Below, piece after piece: positions 11,976-24,355 of a stretch of DNA of 64,000 nucleotides. The position numbers and the translations under genes were made by a program. Positions within the stretch are counted from its first letter, which is position 1, and each line of letters begins with the position of its first letter. Below the pieces are notes generated by a model that saw only the letters and a list, made by a program, of their open reading frames with translations, did no database searches and was not told where the DNA came from. The DNA is from Octopus vulgaris. Taxonomy: Eukaryota. Location of the stretch: the NCBI GenBank assembly GCA_951406725.2, contig OX597816.1, positions 140,740,001 to 140,804,000 on the forward strand, written 5' to 3'.

Positions 11976-14251
11976 CTTGCAGAGTATGTCTTCTTGTTGA
12001 GAAGTGTGTAACTCAAAGGCGAAGTTTCAAACAACGTGATTTATTTTCTTTACATTTACAATTATAAATCAACCACATCGGATCGATGAAAATCAACATA
12101 ATTTTAACTGTATGCATTTGTTGACAATCTACTTAGCCTTGTGAAATTATTACTGAGGAAATGGTATGTGACAGATGGGATAGAAAGGGTAATCTGTAAA
12201 TGTGGAAGACATGACAATTAGATTAATCAAGTGTGAGAAGATGAATGTCAGTGTGAAAGAAATGAGTGGGAGAGAAAAGAGAGATGCTAATAAGTAGTTT
12301 TCGTTTGACCCAGAGACGTCGTTTCTCGTTCAGCCCCCAAACCGTCTGCAACAGGCTGTCACGATCGCAACCAAGGAACAGACCCCTTTGGCTGGTCAGC
12401 TGGTCGTATTTATAACAGTCTGTAGTCGATAGAAAGATGGACAAACCTTAGCTAGATATTCAATTTAGATCCGGTTCATCTGAACTTAATTTCATCTAGT
12501 TGGTCATTAAAAACTCATCAGTCATTGTTTCAATTGACAGGACAAAAAAAGTTTTTCCTGCCGCAAACTGATTTGGCGGGCGAAAGTGCGACCAGTAAAT
12601 TCTGAGATGCGGTTTCAAATGCCAGGCGACAGAACTGATATTCGTTCTTTACATTATGTTTATAGTCTCTTTCTGATGGGGATGGGTCGTTCACCAAGAG
12701 TTTGTTCCGCATGGTCAGGTGATCAATAAAAATTTTACTCGGATACCTTGAGGTGTTGAGGACATATACAACCGCCCTACACTTTAGAATTGACTCCTGT
12801 GAACATTTTTTTTGTCTCTTAAATTTGAAATCTACCCTAAATGATCGCTAGTTACCAACATTATGTGAGATCGAATAAAATTCGCTACAATGACGTATCA
12901 CTCTTGAAAATGCATTCCAAAAGTGTGTATGTGTGGGGGAAAACGTTGGGATCGGTGTATTATTAACTGAGGAGGGAACTAATTTGAAGAAGACAAGTCT
13001 AACTAAATTAGGTAGTTAAGCAAGAGAGTTCTATTCATTTATTTTTAAGAAAGACTGATTCGACTTTGAACATGTCTCATGAATGTGCGTCTATTTATTT
13101 TGCGGTTTCCGAACTTCACGATTCCGGCCTCTTACGCGCGCGCACACATAATTTCTATAAAGAAGAAGCGACTTATGCTTGGTTTGGCTTCTACAGACTG
13201 AAACGAATCTTTCTTTTTTTCATAATCCCATTCCCAATTTTCTTAATCGTTAATAATTATCTCATAGACCTAGATTCCCAGAAGTTCAAAACAAATCTCT
13301 GAAAAATGTTTTATAAAACAAAGACAAAGGCACAGAGACAGGAATGGGCAAGGTCCGAAACTCCGCAATGCTTTTCAAGAGAAGAATAAAAGTGTTAAAT
13401 GAAATTTATGCGTTTAATTAAAACTCTTGTGAAAAGTTGTCTGATTAGTTCTTCAGTTTCATGGTTGGTTAGGTTATTTATTAATTTAGTATCTTGTAAC
13501 AGCCAAATCTCTCTGGACAGATAACCAGTCGTCTCAAAATAAAAAAAATTTAAATTGTTGAATATGGGCAATACTTCAAATTACAGTTATAAACTAATAA
13601 AGAAAAAAAGGCAAGCAAAATACAAACGTCGTTAAATTTTCTAATGCTTATTTAATAGCTATTTGATAAATAATTTCAAGTTATAAATGATTTATATATA
13701 ATTATATAAAATGTATATTTACTAGGAACGGTAATGTTTAAGCCACCGGACTCTTTGCAAGAGTTATACGCAAAGTTTCTTATTTCCATCCCTTATACAA
13801 GAGTTTAATCGAGTCACAACTATTTCGAATCAAAGAATACAAGAATGCATATTTATACAAATATTTTTATATTTACTTTTGAATTCAAGGCTATTATGAA
13901 AGATCCCCAAATACACAAGATCCTAGATACACAATATTTGAAATAACACAAAGAATTTTAAAAACTACTGGGTCTGCTTGGACAGGTGCTAAGTTCTAAA
14001 CAACACAACGACGGAATCGCGACGTTGTCGCTCGACCTACCAGAAATAGCTGCCAAATCCTTCAAATCATACTTCAACATCTCATACAAGAAAAGGTCAC
14101 ACGAAAGAATAGTCTAAGACATTCTTAAAAAAGACAGAATGGGACAAATACTAAGGTTACAAAGATAAATGAAGGAACACTCAATCTAAAAACATAAACT
14201 ATGAAAACTTTCTGACCATTTTCTTATAATATGCAACATGGATCTACTTAC

Positions 14252-14270
14252 CGATAACTCCTCCTGGCAT
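14252..14270 (-). CDS. Candidate first coding exon of the galactosyltransferase (MPGGVI G)
   Basis: ACC-ATG CCA GGA GGA GTT ATC G|GTAAGT. A consensus donor in phase 1 matches the phase-1 acceptor at 2091 and gives MPGGVIGKKKILIWMTIFIIAVFV. Confidence 0.7.
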
Positions 14271-14989
14271 GGTAAACGGCATTTTCTTAAGGGAAAATTA
14301 ACAGTAGACCTATCTCTGAGAGATAGTGAGGTAGTCTGCGATCGAATCACGGAATCAAATCATGGAGAAGGATAAATGTTGAAATTTCTTTTGTATTGTA
14401 GCCGTTTAAAAAAAAAAAAATTATGTCCAACAGTAGCAGCATCGACTTTTCATTCTTGGAAACTCTGCGAAGGGAATAGGCACCGTCAGGACCAATAAAA
14501 TAAAAGCTATCTAATCATAGTTACTAAAGTAAATGAGTAAAAGATTAAAGTAAGAAAACAAATCCTGAAAAAGATACGCCGTATGTAACAAAACGAAACA
14601 TGTTACTTAGAGAGTTAATAATTCAATTAGTGATGAGGCGAGGGGGACGGTGAGAAAAAAAGGAGTGATAAAAGTTTAAGCAGAAGCTATGAAGAATCAC
14701 CGGTGTTATCTTCTTCCTCATTTCTTTCTCTTTCTCAGCATCTTCCAACCTATTTATCTCGTAATATGGCCGAGAGAAAATATCAACACACTAAATATGA
14801 GTAGAGTAACACATGTAATATAATGAGTTGAAAAACTTCGTTGAACTGAAATTCTTGCCATCACAAATCCTTGAAAATAAATGTATTAATCTACGTTTTA
14901 TGTATTAAATTCCTTAATGTGTGGTTAGTCGCCTTAATTTTGTACTTAGGTAATTAAATATATAATTGCGTAGATTATATATTTATATA

Positions 14990-15597
14990 TACTTTTCTAC
15001 TCTAGGCACAAGGCCCGAAATTTTGGGGGAGGGGGTTAGTCAATTAGATCAACTCCAGTACGCAACTGGTAATTAAATTATCGACGAAATACCTATTTCT
15101 TTACTACCCACAAGGGGCTAAACACAGATAGGACAAACGGATTAAGTCGATTATATCGACCTCAGTACGTAGCTGGTACTTATTTAATCGAACCCGAAAG
15201 ATGAAAGGCAAAGTCGACCTCGGCGGAATTTGAACCCAGAACGTAGCGGCAGACGAAATACCTATTTCTTTACTACCCAAAGGGGCTAAACACAGAGAAG
15301 ACAAACAAAGACAGACAAACGGATTAAGTCGAATATATCGACTCCAATGCGTAACTGGTACTTATTTAATCGACCCCGAAAGGATGAAAGGCAAAGGCGA
15401 CCTCGGCGGAATTTGACCTTAGAACGTGACAGCAGACGAAATACCTATTTCTTTACTACCCACAAGGAGCTAAACACAGAAAGGACAAACAAGGACAGAC
15501 AAACGGATTAAGTCGAATATATCGACTCCAATGCGTAACTGGTACTTAATTTATCGACCCCGAAAGGATGAAAAGCAAAGTCGACCTTGGCAGAATA
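14990..15597 (-). repeat. Tandem concatemer (~180-190-bp units) of SINE family B body
   Basis: gacgaaatacctatttctttactaccc...ggattaagtcga...aggcaaagtcgacctcggcggaatttga is repeated three times. Confidence 0.8.
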
Positions 15598-15612
15598 TAT
15601 ATACATACATAT

Positions 15613-16030
15613 AAGTTTGAAAACGCCACTATATAAGATAAATTTTAATTTTCTTAGAAATTTTACATGTTTCGGTTCTTCTTGAAAAAACGAACCTTAT
15701 CAAAAATATTTTAAAAAGTTAAGTGTAATAAAAAAGTTCATAATTGTTTCTTACTGGTCCCAACAGAATCCACGTGGTGGTGTTTTTGAGTAAGCATAAT
15801 AGCTGTAAATTTAAAGTTAAGTGTAATAAAAAAGTTCATAATTGTTTCTTACTGGTCTCAACAGAACCCACGTGGTTGTTTTTTGTGGGGAATAAGTATA
15901 ATAGCTGTCTTATGTGTTCGAATGGTCAGTGGCTGAAATGGCAGTAGCAGCAGTGACTGTTGGTCGTAGTAGTAATAACCGTGGTGGTAGTAATTAAAAT
16001 TTATCTTATATAGTGGCGTTTTCAAACTTG
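15613..16030. repeat. Inverted-repeat element with a U3-A8 hammerhead-like motif and an internal ~95-bp tandem duplication
   Basis: aagtttgaaaacgccactatataagataaattttaatt is inverted at 15991-16029. Duplicated unit at ~15715-15807 and ~15814-15908. Hammerhead-like motif on minus at 15661-15706. Confidence 0.7.
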
Positions 16031-16289
16031 TTTTTTATAACTATATGTGAGTGCCTTGGATACCAATTCCTGGATTTTTACACCTACGGATTACTGTTAC
16101 CATTCTTCCGGAGTACGCCACTGAAATCGCGATTGGAAATCAGAAAAATTTGTCCGTGACTCTTCCACTTTTTCCTCGTCCTCTTTTACCTTTCTTCTTC
16201 TACTTCCACTTTTCCACTTGTGTCGTCTTTGAAAGAACTTTTCTTCACCGATTTCCTTCCGGTCATTCAAAATGTGACCGTGTGCCTAT

Positions 16290-16324
16290 GTTTCCGACGA
16301 AGAGCTCCGCTCGAAACGTTAAAC
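16290..16324 (+). ncRNA. Minimal type I hammerhead-like motif (U4C variant) in a (TA)n-tailed repeat
   Basis: gttt CCGACGA a gagc-tcc-gctc GAAA cg tt aaac: stem I, core, stem II, GAAA and palindromic AACGTT. Confidence 0.5.
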
Positions 16325-16415
16325 CCTCCTTCTTTCCTGAGCGTCCAATAATACTATATTTGTTCCACGTCCTCGCGTTGTTGTGTTTTTTGTGCTTTCT
16401 TGTTTGGATTAACTT

Positions 16416-16511
<96 letters not shown>

Positions 16512-16714
16512 ATAGGATTAGCTCGTATACGAGTAGGTATATATTTGTAAAAAATGAAGTTCGAAAATGCTGCTGTATTATACAATTTTTAATTTTTATA
16601 TATACATTATAACATGTTTCAGTTCCTGAAATGAACCTTATCAAAAAAAGTTATATATAAAAAAAGACAGCTCATGCCGTCAAACACAAGAAATTCATAT
16701 ACATATATACATAT

Positions 16715-16774
<60 letters not shown>

Positions 16775-18449
16775 CATAAATTACATAAATGAGGTTCTCA
16801 GAGGCACAGGTGAACCTAGTTTTAATTGTGAACATCTGTCCTTGTTTGAAAAGGTAATCCGAGCCTTCAAGCAGGTTGGGCGTCCACATTTTTCAACCGT
16901 CGGTTTCGAGGTTGTTTTGTAAAGCTTCGCATTTGTTAGTTGTCTCTTTAGTGATTTGTCTTGTTTTTTTGCATTGAATGCCTCACTGTTTCTGGGGTTG
17001 TGTGTTGATATAAATAGTAATGTTTTGGTTTGAGGTGTGGTGCTATGTTTTTTTTGTTCTTAGTGTTTTTGTGTCTAATTGTTTGGCACGTTTAATTCCC
17101 TCGTCGATAAGAGAGGGTGGATATTGTCTTTCAATAAGTGTTGTTTTGAGATCTTGAAGACGAAGGTCCCGAGTTGTTCTGTCAGATACTATTGTGCAGA
17201 TCCTTTTTGCTACGTTGAAAGGGATGTTTATTTTTATGTGTTTCGAGTGACACGAGTTAAAAAGAAGATATTGTTTTGAATCAGTTGGTTTATAATAAAT
17301 GTCAGTTATGATTTCATTGTTAACTTTTTTTTATCATGATGTCTAAAAATGGAAGTTGTTCTTTGTTATATTCCATTGTGAATTGAATGTTACTATTTAT
17401 GTCATTTAGTGTTGTTTTGAAATCCAAAAGTTTGTCGATGTTCTCCTTCCAGATGATAAAGCAGTCATCCAGGTATCGCTTCCAATTTTCTCTTATGTAG
17501 CGGTAAAATGGGTAACCATATTTCTGAAGTGATACTTCATATAAGGTGAATTCAGAATAACCCATTATTAAGTTCGCAAGAACAGGAGCTGCTTTCGTCC
17601 CCATCGCAATTCCACATTTCTGACGATAGTATGTGTCATCAAATAGGAAATAATTGTTCTGAAGTATAAATTTTAAGGATTCAATAATAAAGATCTGGTT
17701 TATGGGTTCCGGGAGGACTTCGGGGTACTTTACCAACCAGAATTTAATTGCTTTTATTCCATAGTCATGGGGAATGTTGGTGTAAAGATTGATAACATCG
17801 AGGGTAACCAATATTGCCGCTGCATTAATCGTTTTTGTTAGGTGTTCTAGCATGTCTAAATCATCCCTAATGAAGCTTTTGATGTATTTCAGCAAGGGTT
17901 TCTGTAGGATGTATAGAAAATTGCTTAGTCGGTGGGTTTCACAGGCCGGCCCAGCTACAATGGGTCTTAAAGTCAAGTCTTTGGATATTTATATATTTGC
18001 CTGGTGATTATTTGCAGGCTTCATTGATTATCTTGCTCTTGTGTATTTTAGGGAGGCCGTAAAAAAGACTGGGTTTACATTTGAAGTTCGTGATGTAGTC
18101 TGTTTCTTTTTCTGTCAGGTCCTTTCCATGTAGAAGAATTAAGGATGCGAGATTTTTTTTGTTTTTTGATGTTTATAGTTTATAACTTTTTCGTAGAAGG
18201 CCTCGTTTTCTAATATGGAAAGTACTAGTTTTTTATAGTGTTCTGTGTTCATCAGAACTACAGCACTTCCTTTGTCAGCTTCTTTTAATTGTCAGGTCTG
18301 TCGGTTTGTAGTTCAGTCAGGTTTTTCCATTCTAGATTGTTGAGGTTAGGATTAATTTTTCGTTTAATGGATGTGTAGGGGAAATTTTGGATATGGTTGC
18401 AGTAGTCATCCAGTGTTTTATTCCTACCCTTATGTGGAAGGGTAGGAAT
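16775..18449 (-). mobile_element. Penelope-like retroelement (RT plus start of the GIY-YIG endonuclease), disrupted
   Basis: LRPIVAGP, LVTLDVINLYTNIP, GIAMGTKAAPVLANLIMG, WKRYLDDCFIIW, LPFLDIMI, TDIYYKPTD. The C-terminal CGRPTC...FTCASENLIYVI breaks off in (TA)n. A 13-bp hairpin lies at the 5' junction. Confidence 0.9.
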
Positions 18450-18460
18450 ATATATATATA

Positions 18461-19140
18461 TGATTTTGATTTTGATTTTGATTTTTCTAGTTTCAGCTAA
18501 TGAGCTGTGGCCATGCTGGGGCACCGCCATTTGGTTTGCTACACGATTTTACCTCACGGATGCTTTTTAGCAAACGCCATCTGATGCATGAGAGAGTTCG
18601 ATGCAGCTGCCCTCATCTGCACCTCCTGCCGTGAAGTTGGTTCATCCGGGACACCTGACAGGAAGAGATCCAGTCCTACTTTAAAGACATCCGCATCTAC
18701 ACCATGCAGGTCCCTCAGGTTCTTCGGGAGGATATTGAAGAGCTGTGGGCCTCTGAAGCCCAGGCTGTCATAGTATCTTGTCCTACATCTTGATGGCAAA
18801 TTTGGAGTCCTTGGTACTACGCAGTGGCGTCCGGTTCTGGCATTTGTGTGACTCTCGATGTCAAAGTTTGGGACAAGTCCTTCCAGGATCTTCCAGATAT
18901 ATATTATGGGATATCTTTCTCGCCTACGCTCCAGGGAATAGAGCTTTAATATCTTGAGTCTTTCCCAGTAGCTCATATGCTGCACAGAGGCTATCTTCTT
19001 CGTGTAGCTTCGTTGGATCGCCTCAAGTTCTGTGATCAACTTGACACTGGATGGTGACCATAGCTGAGAGCAATAGTCAAAGTGGCTTAGGACAAGTGTC
19101 TTCCAGAGGACCATCATGGTTTCTTGTTCTCTTGTTCTAA
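18461..19140 (-). mobile_element. 5'-truncated CR1/L2-group LINE, ORF2 3' end and 3' UTR with a (TCAAAA)n tail
   Basis: [62 protein letters not shown]. Stop at 18554-18556. The 3' UTR matches the SINE A tail. Confidence 0.88.
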
Positions 19141-19241
19141 AGGTATATATATATACATATATATACATATACATATATATATATATATGTATATGTATGT
19201 ATATGTATATATATATATGTATATATATATATATGTATATA

Positions 19242-19297
<56 letters not shown>

Positions 19298-19778
19298 TGT
19301 ATATAAAGTGATTTGGCGCGCTGTTGGTTGGGGCATTTGAATTATAACGTCCGATGTAATCAATTGAACCGCACGCGTATTTATCGTTATAAAATCTGGC
19401 GTGTGATTGAGTGGATTTCATCAGATAGTCTTGCTGAAGAGCTATGGATTACTGTAAGTAATATTACATTTAATTCATTAATAGCGAAACAATTGTCCCA
19501 AAATAATCTGTATTTTTGTTATTTTTTATTTGCCCTGTCCGTGTGAGCTAACAGTCGTATGGCTTTCATGGGAAACATGTATTTTTCGTGGTTGAAACCT
19601 CTTGGATTAACTATGCTAGAGTGATCAATATAGTGAACACTCTCTTATATTTATTTTGTGAAAATATTATAATATGTTATAAAATATTATAATAATCCAG
19701 GTTTCTCGTAGCACTAGGCCACTTGGTGTGGAATAAATATATATTAAATTAGTATAATTCTCTCACCCTTATAATTAA

Positions 19779-20249
<471 letters not shown>

Positions 20250-20254
<5 letters not shown>

Positions 20255-20730
20255 TGAATAATTTTTGTGGAAACTGGGTTCTAGAGGTGGTCATTAAACT
20301 CTGCAGTAATTTTGGGATCTGTACTTTTGTGATCCTTTCTAGCAATTCGCGTAAGAGTCCGACAGAAAGTTTTGGTTTTCTTCCGGAGTTTTGTTTCGAT
20401 GAGGAGGTTTTTCCCTCTTTTCTCAAAGGCTGTCATTATTTTCATGACATACTTCTTGATACACCAAACATTTCGGCTGTTTTCGTTACGCTAGCGCCTG
20501 CCATACCAGCACCAACAATTTAACCTCTTTGAAAGTCCGACAGATCTGTCATTTTAATGAATTTCAATTACCTTTTTCTGATGATATCTGAAAAGAAACA
20601 GTAATTTTAGCAAAATTTATTAAGTAACATTAAAGATAAATTTTAAAAAAATAAACAAGCTTTTGACGGTTTTATAGATATTTCAAAATTATGATGCTAA
20701 GTGTTTCCATTATTTTGTCCAACCCCTGTA
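20250..20730 (-). mobile_element. Tc1-like transposon 5' half (TIR plus transposase N-terminus)
   Basis: TA|CAGGGGTTGGACAAAATAATGGAAACAC end. MTDLSDFQRG*IVGAGMAGASVTKTAEMFGVSR...[11 protein letters not shown] paired/HTH region from 20552. Confidence 0.8.
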
Positions 20731-20889
20731 CGTTATAATGCGACAAAATGAATTGCATGGATCATTTAGATTTCCACTACTTAATAAAATACACACACAC
20801 ACACACACACATACAGAGGCATAAATGTGTTAAACAAGGTGATGAAATGGTCCTAAAATACAAAAGGCCTAAGTCAGAGTAAAAAAGAG

Positions 20890-21125
20890 TATATTATTGA
20901 AGCTGAAAAGACTTCCCAAACTGTTACTCAAAGTTTCACGTAACTTATTTTGAAAAGTAATTACCAGATCGGTTTTAAATGTTTATTCGATAATTTGGGA
21001 ATTATGAATATTTATAAACACTTATAAACTATTGCATTGCTCTGATTACTCTCGACTGTCTGACGATGGCTTACGTGAAACTCTGAGTAACAATTTATGA
21101 AGTCTTTTCAGTTTCAACATATAAT
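20890..21125. repeat. Inverted-repeat element with a hammerhead-like motif at 21054-21095 (+)
   Basis: Arms gaagctgaaaagacttc...ttactcaaagtttcacgtaa and ttacgtgaaactctgagtaa...gaagtcttttcagtttcaa. Motif gactgt CTGACGA tggcttacgt GAAA ctctgag TA acaatt. Confidence 0.6.
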
Positions 21126-21524
21126 AATAATAATAATAATCGACTAAGGAGACAGAAGATAGATTTGGTATTAATCTTTATTTTGTACGACGATCGTTTC
21201 CATTAATACCAAATCCACCTGCTGTTTAATTAATCAATTATCTCAACTAACACTGGAATTCCTGAAGTCTCCAACGGAAATATACCCCAACTGCGGATGA
21301 CACCAGATAGCCCAAACCGTTCCAGTGTTTTACTCAACACATCAGCACACTAATTGACATATACCAGTTTGTCCAAAATATTACATACATATATATGATT
21401 ATATATATATGTATATATATGTGTATATGTAATATATATGTATATATACATATGTATGTATGTATATATATGTGTATGTCTATATATATGTGTGTGTGTG
21501 GGTATATATATATATATATATATA

Positions 21525-23121
21525 TCAGGTCGTCAAGTATGAAATTTGTAGTAAGTTACATGGTAAACTTTGACAGCTGCACATTTTGCACCATTATATT
21601 TGATATTTTTTGTTAGAAAGCTGACACATCTATTTCTTTATTCTAACTCATTTTGCGCTTTATAAAGTATTTATAAATCGTTTTTTGCTATTTTTGTTTA
21701 GAGATGGGTAAGTCGGAAATTCGTACAGTTTTGAAATATGAGTTCTTTCTTGGAAATACAGCATCACAGACAGCTCGGAATATTAATAGAGTATTTCGTT
21801 CTATTGTTATTACACAGCAGACAGTATAAAATTGGTTTGCAAAATTTCGTTCTGGTAACTTTGACCTCGCAAACGAGCAACGTGGTCGATCAGAAACAAA
21901 GGTGGATAATGACGAACTGAAAGCCACCGTCGAGTCAGATCCATCTCAAAGCGTCCGTGAATTATCGTTGTTGTTTGGTGTTAGCAAGCAAACAATGTTG
22001 ACTCATCTAGTTCAAATCAGTAAACTGAAAATGTTGAATAAGTTGGTTCCACATGAACTCAATGAAAATCAGAAACAGCAACGTTTGGAAGCCTGCATTA
22101 TGCTACTTTCTCGTCACAGAATTGAATCATTTTTAAATCGAATTGTAACATGTAAGGAGAAATGGATTCAATACAACAACTGTAAATATTCAGCACAATG
22201 GTTGGACAAAGATGAGCCACCAAAACACAGTCCAAAAAGCAAAATTCATCAAAAGAAGCTGATGGTGTGTTTGGTGGTCTGGCACAGGTGCGATCCATTA
22301 TGATTTCATTAAACTTGACTCATCAATCACGACTGAAGTATACTGCAGCCAACTGGACTAAATGATGCAGAAACTTATAAAGTCAACAGATCCACTCCTC
22401 CTTTATTGCAAGACGATAGACCACACATTACAAAAATGACATTGGCGAAATTACAGGAGTTGGAGTTGGAAGTTCTCCATCATTCACCATACTCATCTGA
22501 TCTTGGCCCCACTGACTACCACTTCTTCCAGAATTTATTTTACTTGTTTCAGTCATTTGACTGTGGTCATGCCGGAGCACCACCTTTAATCGAACAAATC
22601 AACTCCAGGACTTTGTTAGCCTAGTACTTATTCTATCGGTCTCTTTTGCCGAACTGCTAAGTTATGGGGACGTAAACACATCAGTATCGGTTGTCAAGCG
22701 ATGTTGGGGGGGCAAACACACACACACACATATATATATACGACAGGCTTCTTTCAGTTTCTGTCTACCAAATCCACTCACAAGGCTTTGGTTGGCCTGA
22801 GGCTATAGTAGAAGACACTTGCCCAAGGTGCCATGCAGCGGGACTGAACCCAGAACCATGTGGTTGGTAAGGAAGCTACTTACCACACAGCCACTCCTGG
22901 ATAACTTTTTAATAGGAAAAAATTTAATTCCGACGATGCTGTAAAACAGGCCTTCCAAGATTCTAGATTGTCAGGCTTTTACAGTTCCAGCTACCAATGA
23001 AATGGCAACAGTCTATTGACAATATAGGTGCATACTTTGATGAATAAAACTATTCCTTGTATTTATAAAACATTAGCAAACTTTATTTTCTTTTCTACAA
23101 ATTTCATACTTGACAACCTAA
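21525..23121 (+). mobile_element. Full-length but inactivated mariner element with 27-bp TIRs and TA TSD
   Basis: TA|tcaggtcgtcaagtatgaaatttgtag ... ctacaaatttcatacttgacaacctaa|TA. Transposase MGKSEIRTVLKYEF, LVPHELNENQK, IVTCKEKW, HSPYSSDLGPTDYHFFQNL, with frameshifts and stops. Confidence 0.92.
22536..22898 (-). mobile_element. SINE family A nested in the mariner transposase
   Basis: Full SINE in reverse orientation interrupts HFFQNL|DNFL. Confidence 0.85.
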
Positions 23122-23864
23122 TATTTTGTGTTTTTTCAATTTCCAGTTCTTCCTAGAAAAGCTGTTTCAGTTATACAGTATTCATCAAAACAAAAAAATT
23201 CTTCCTAGCTTATTTGACTTGTGATTCGATGGCTTTTTAATGTACCTTGGTGACTGATGTTAAGGTATGCCTCTTGATACTGGGTATGCACTTTAAACAT
23301 TTCTGGTGAAATCTCTCAAGCACCTTGCTTGAGGTGTTGGCTGTACACTGCCTACATCTTGAACAAGTGCAGAAAGACTCTTATAAATATCATTCACTCA
23401 GAATTTTCTACTTTGCTAAAAGCTGTACAAACCTTTTGGATTTGTGAGTGAATTTCAGCATTTAGATATCTATTTCTTGACAAGTTACTCCAAAGATATA
23501 AAAATGTGTCCACAACCTCTAATCATGTGTCATCCTCAAAGATATCTAGCTTAATGTAGGGCTCACTTCATACAGAGTGATCATTACTTTTGATGTCTTC
23601 AAGCATATTTATGAGGCAAAGGCAATACGTGCTGGTGAAAACTGATCCTTTATAAGTTGCATGCCATTTTCAGCATGAGCAACAAAGCCTACACCATCTG
23701 CATAAAGTATTTCACAAGTCATCTTACACATACATTTGAATCTTCTCAGGTGAAAGACTTTTCATATTATTCAATCATTCTATACTTATGGTACATACTT
23801 GAAAAGAAAAAGTAGAATACAAAACAAAGCATCTTGGAAACATCCTGTTCAACTATATTGTCTA

Positions 23865-24355
23865 TACTTTTTACTCGTTTCAGTCATGTGACTGTGGCCA
23901 TGCTGGAGCACCGCCTTTAGTCGAGCAAATCGATCCCAGGACTTATTCTTTGTAAGCCTATTACTTATTCTATCAATCTCTTTTGCCGAACTGCTAAGTT
24001 ACGGGGATGTAAACACACCAGCATCGGTTGTCAAGCAATGTTGGGGGGACACACACATACATATATTATCATCATCATCATCGTTTAACGTCCGTTTTCC
24101 GCACAGGGGCTGTACCAGGCTCAGGTCTGATCTGGCAGTGTTTCTACAGCTGGATGCCCTTCCTAACACCAGCCACTCCGCGAGTGTAGTGGGTGCTTTT
24201 TGTGTGCCACCGGCACAGGTGCCAGGGGAGTCTGGCATCAGCCACGATCGGTTGGTGCTTTTAACGTGCCACTGGCACGGAACGGATATATATATATATA
24301 CATATATATATGACGGGCTTCTTTCAGTTTCTGCCAACCAAATTAAGGCTTTAGA
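23865..24355 (-). mobile_element. SINE family A with an RTE 3'-end fragment (24068-24280) inserted at its internal microsatellite
   Basis: SINE tail at 23867, then a (cat)n-tailed RTE 3'UTR piece. The SINE resumes at tgacgggcttctttcagtttc. Confidence 0.75.

Noticed and set aside
11040-12200. Possible pogo-like transposase remnant with an acidic tract and CxxC
   Set aside because: No continuous frame, catalytic motif or TIR that I can support.
21160-21330. GAAAC-GATC-GTC hammerhead 3' half on minus near 21185-21200
   Set aside because: No matching CUGANGA or stem I found upstream on that strand, so it is too incomplete to call.
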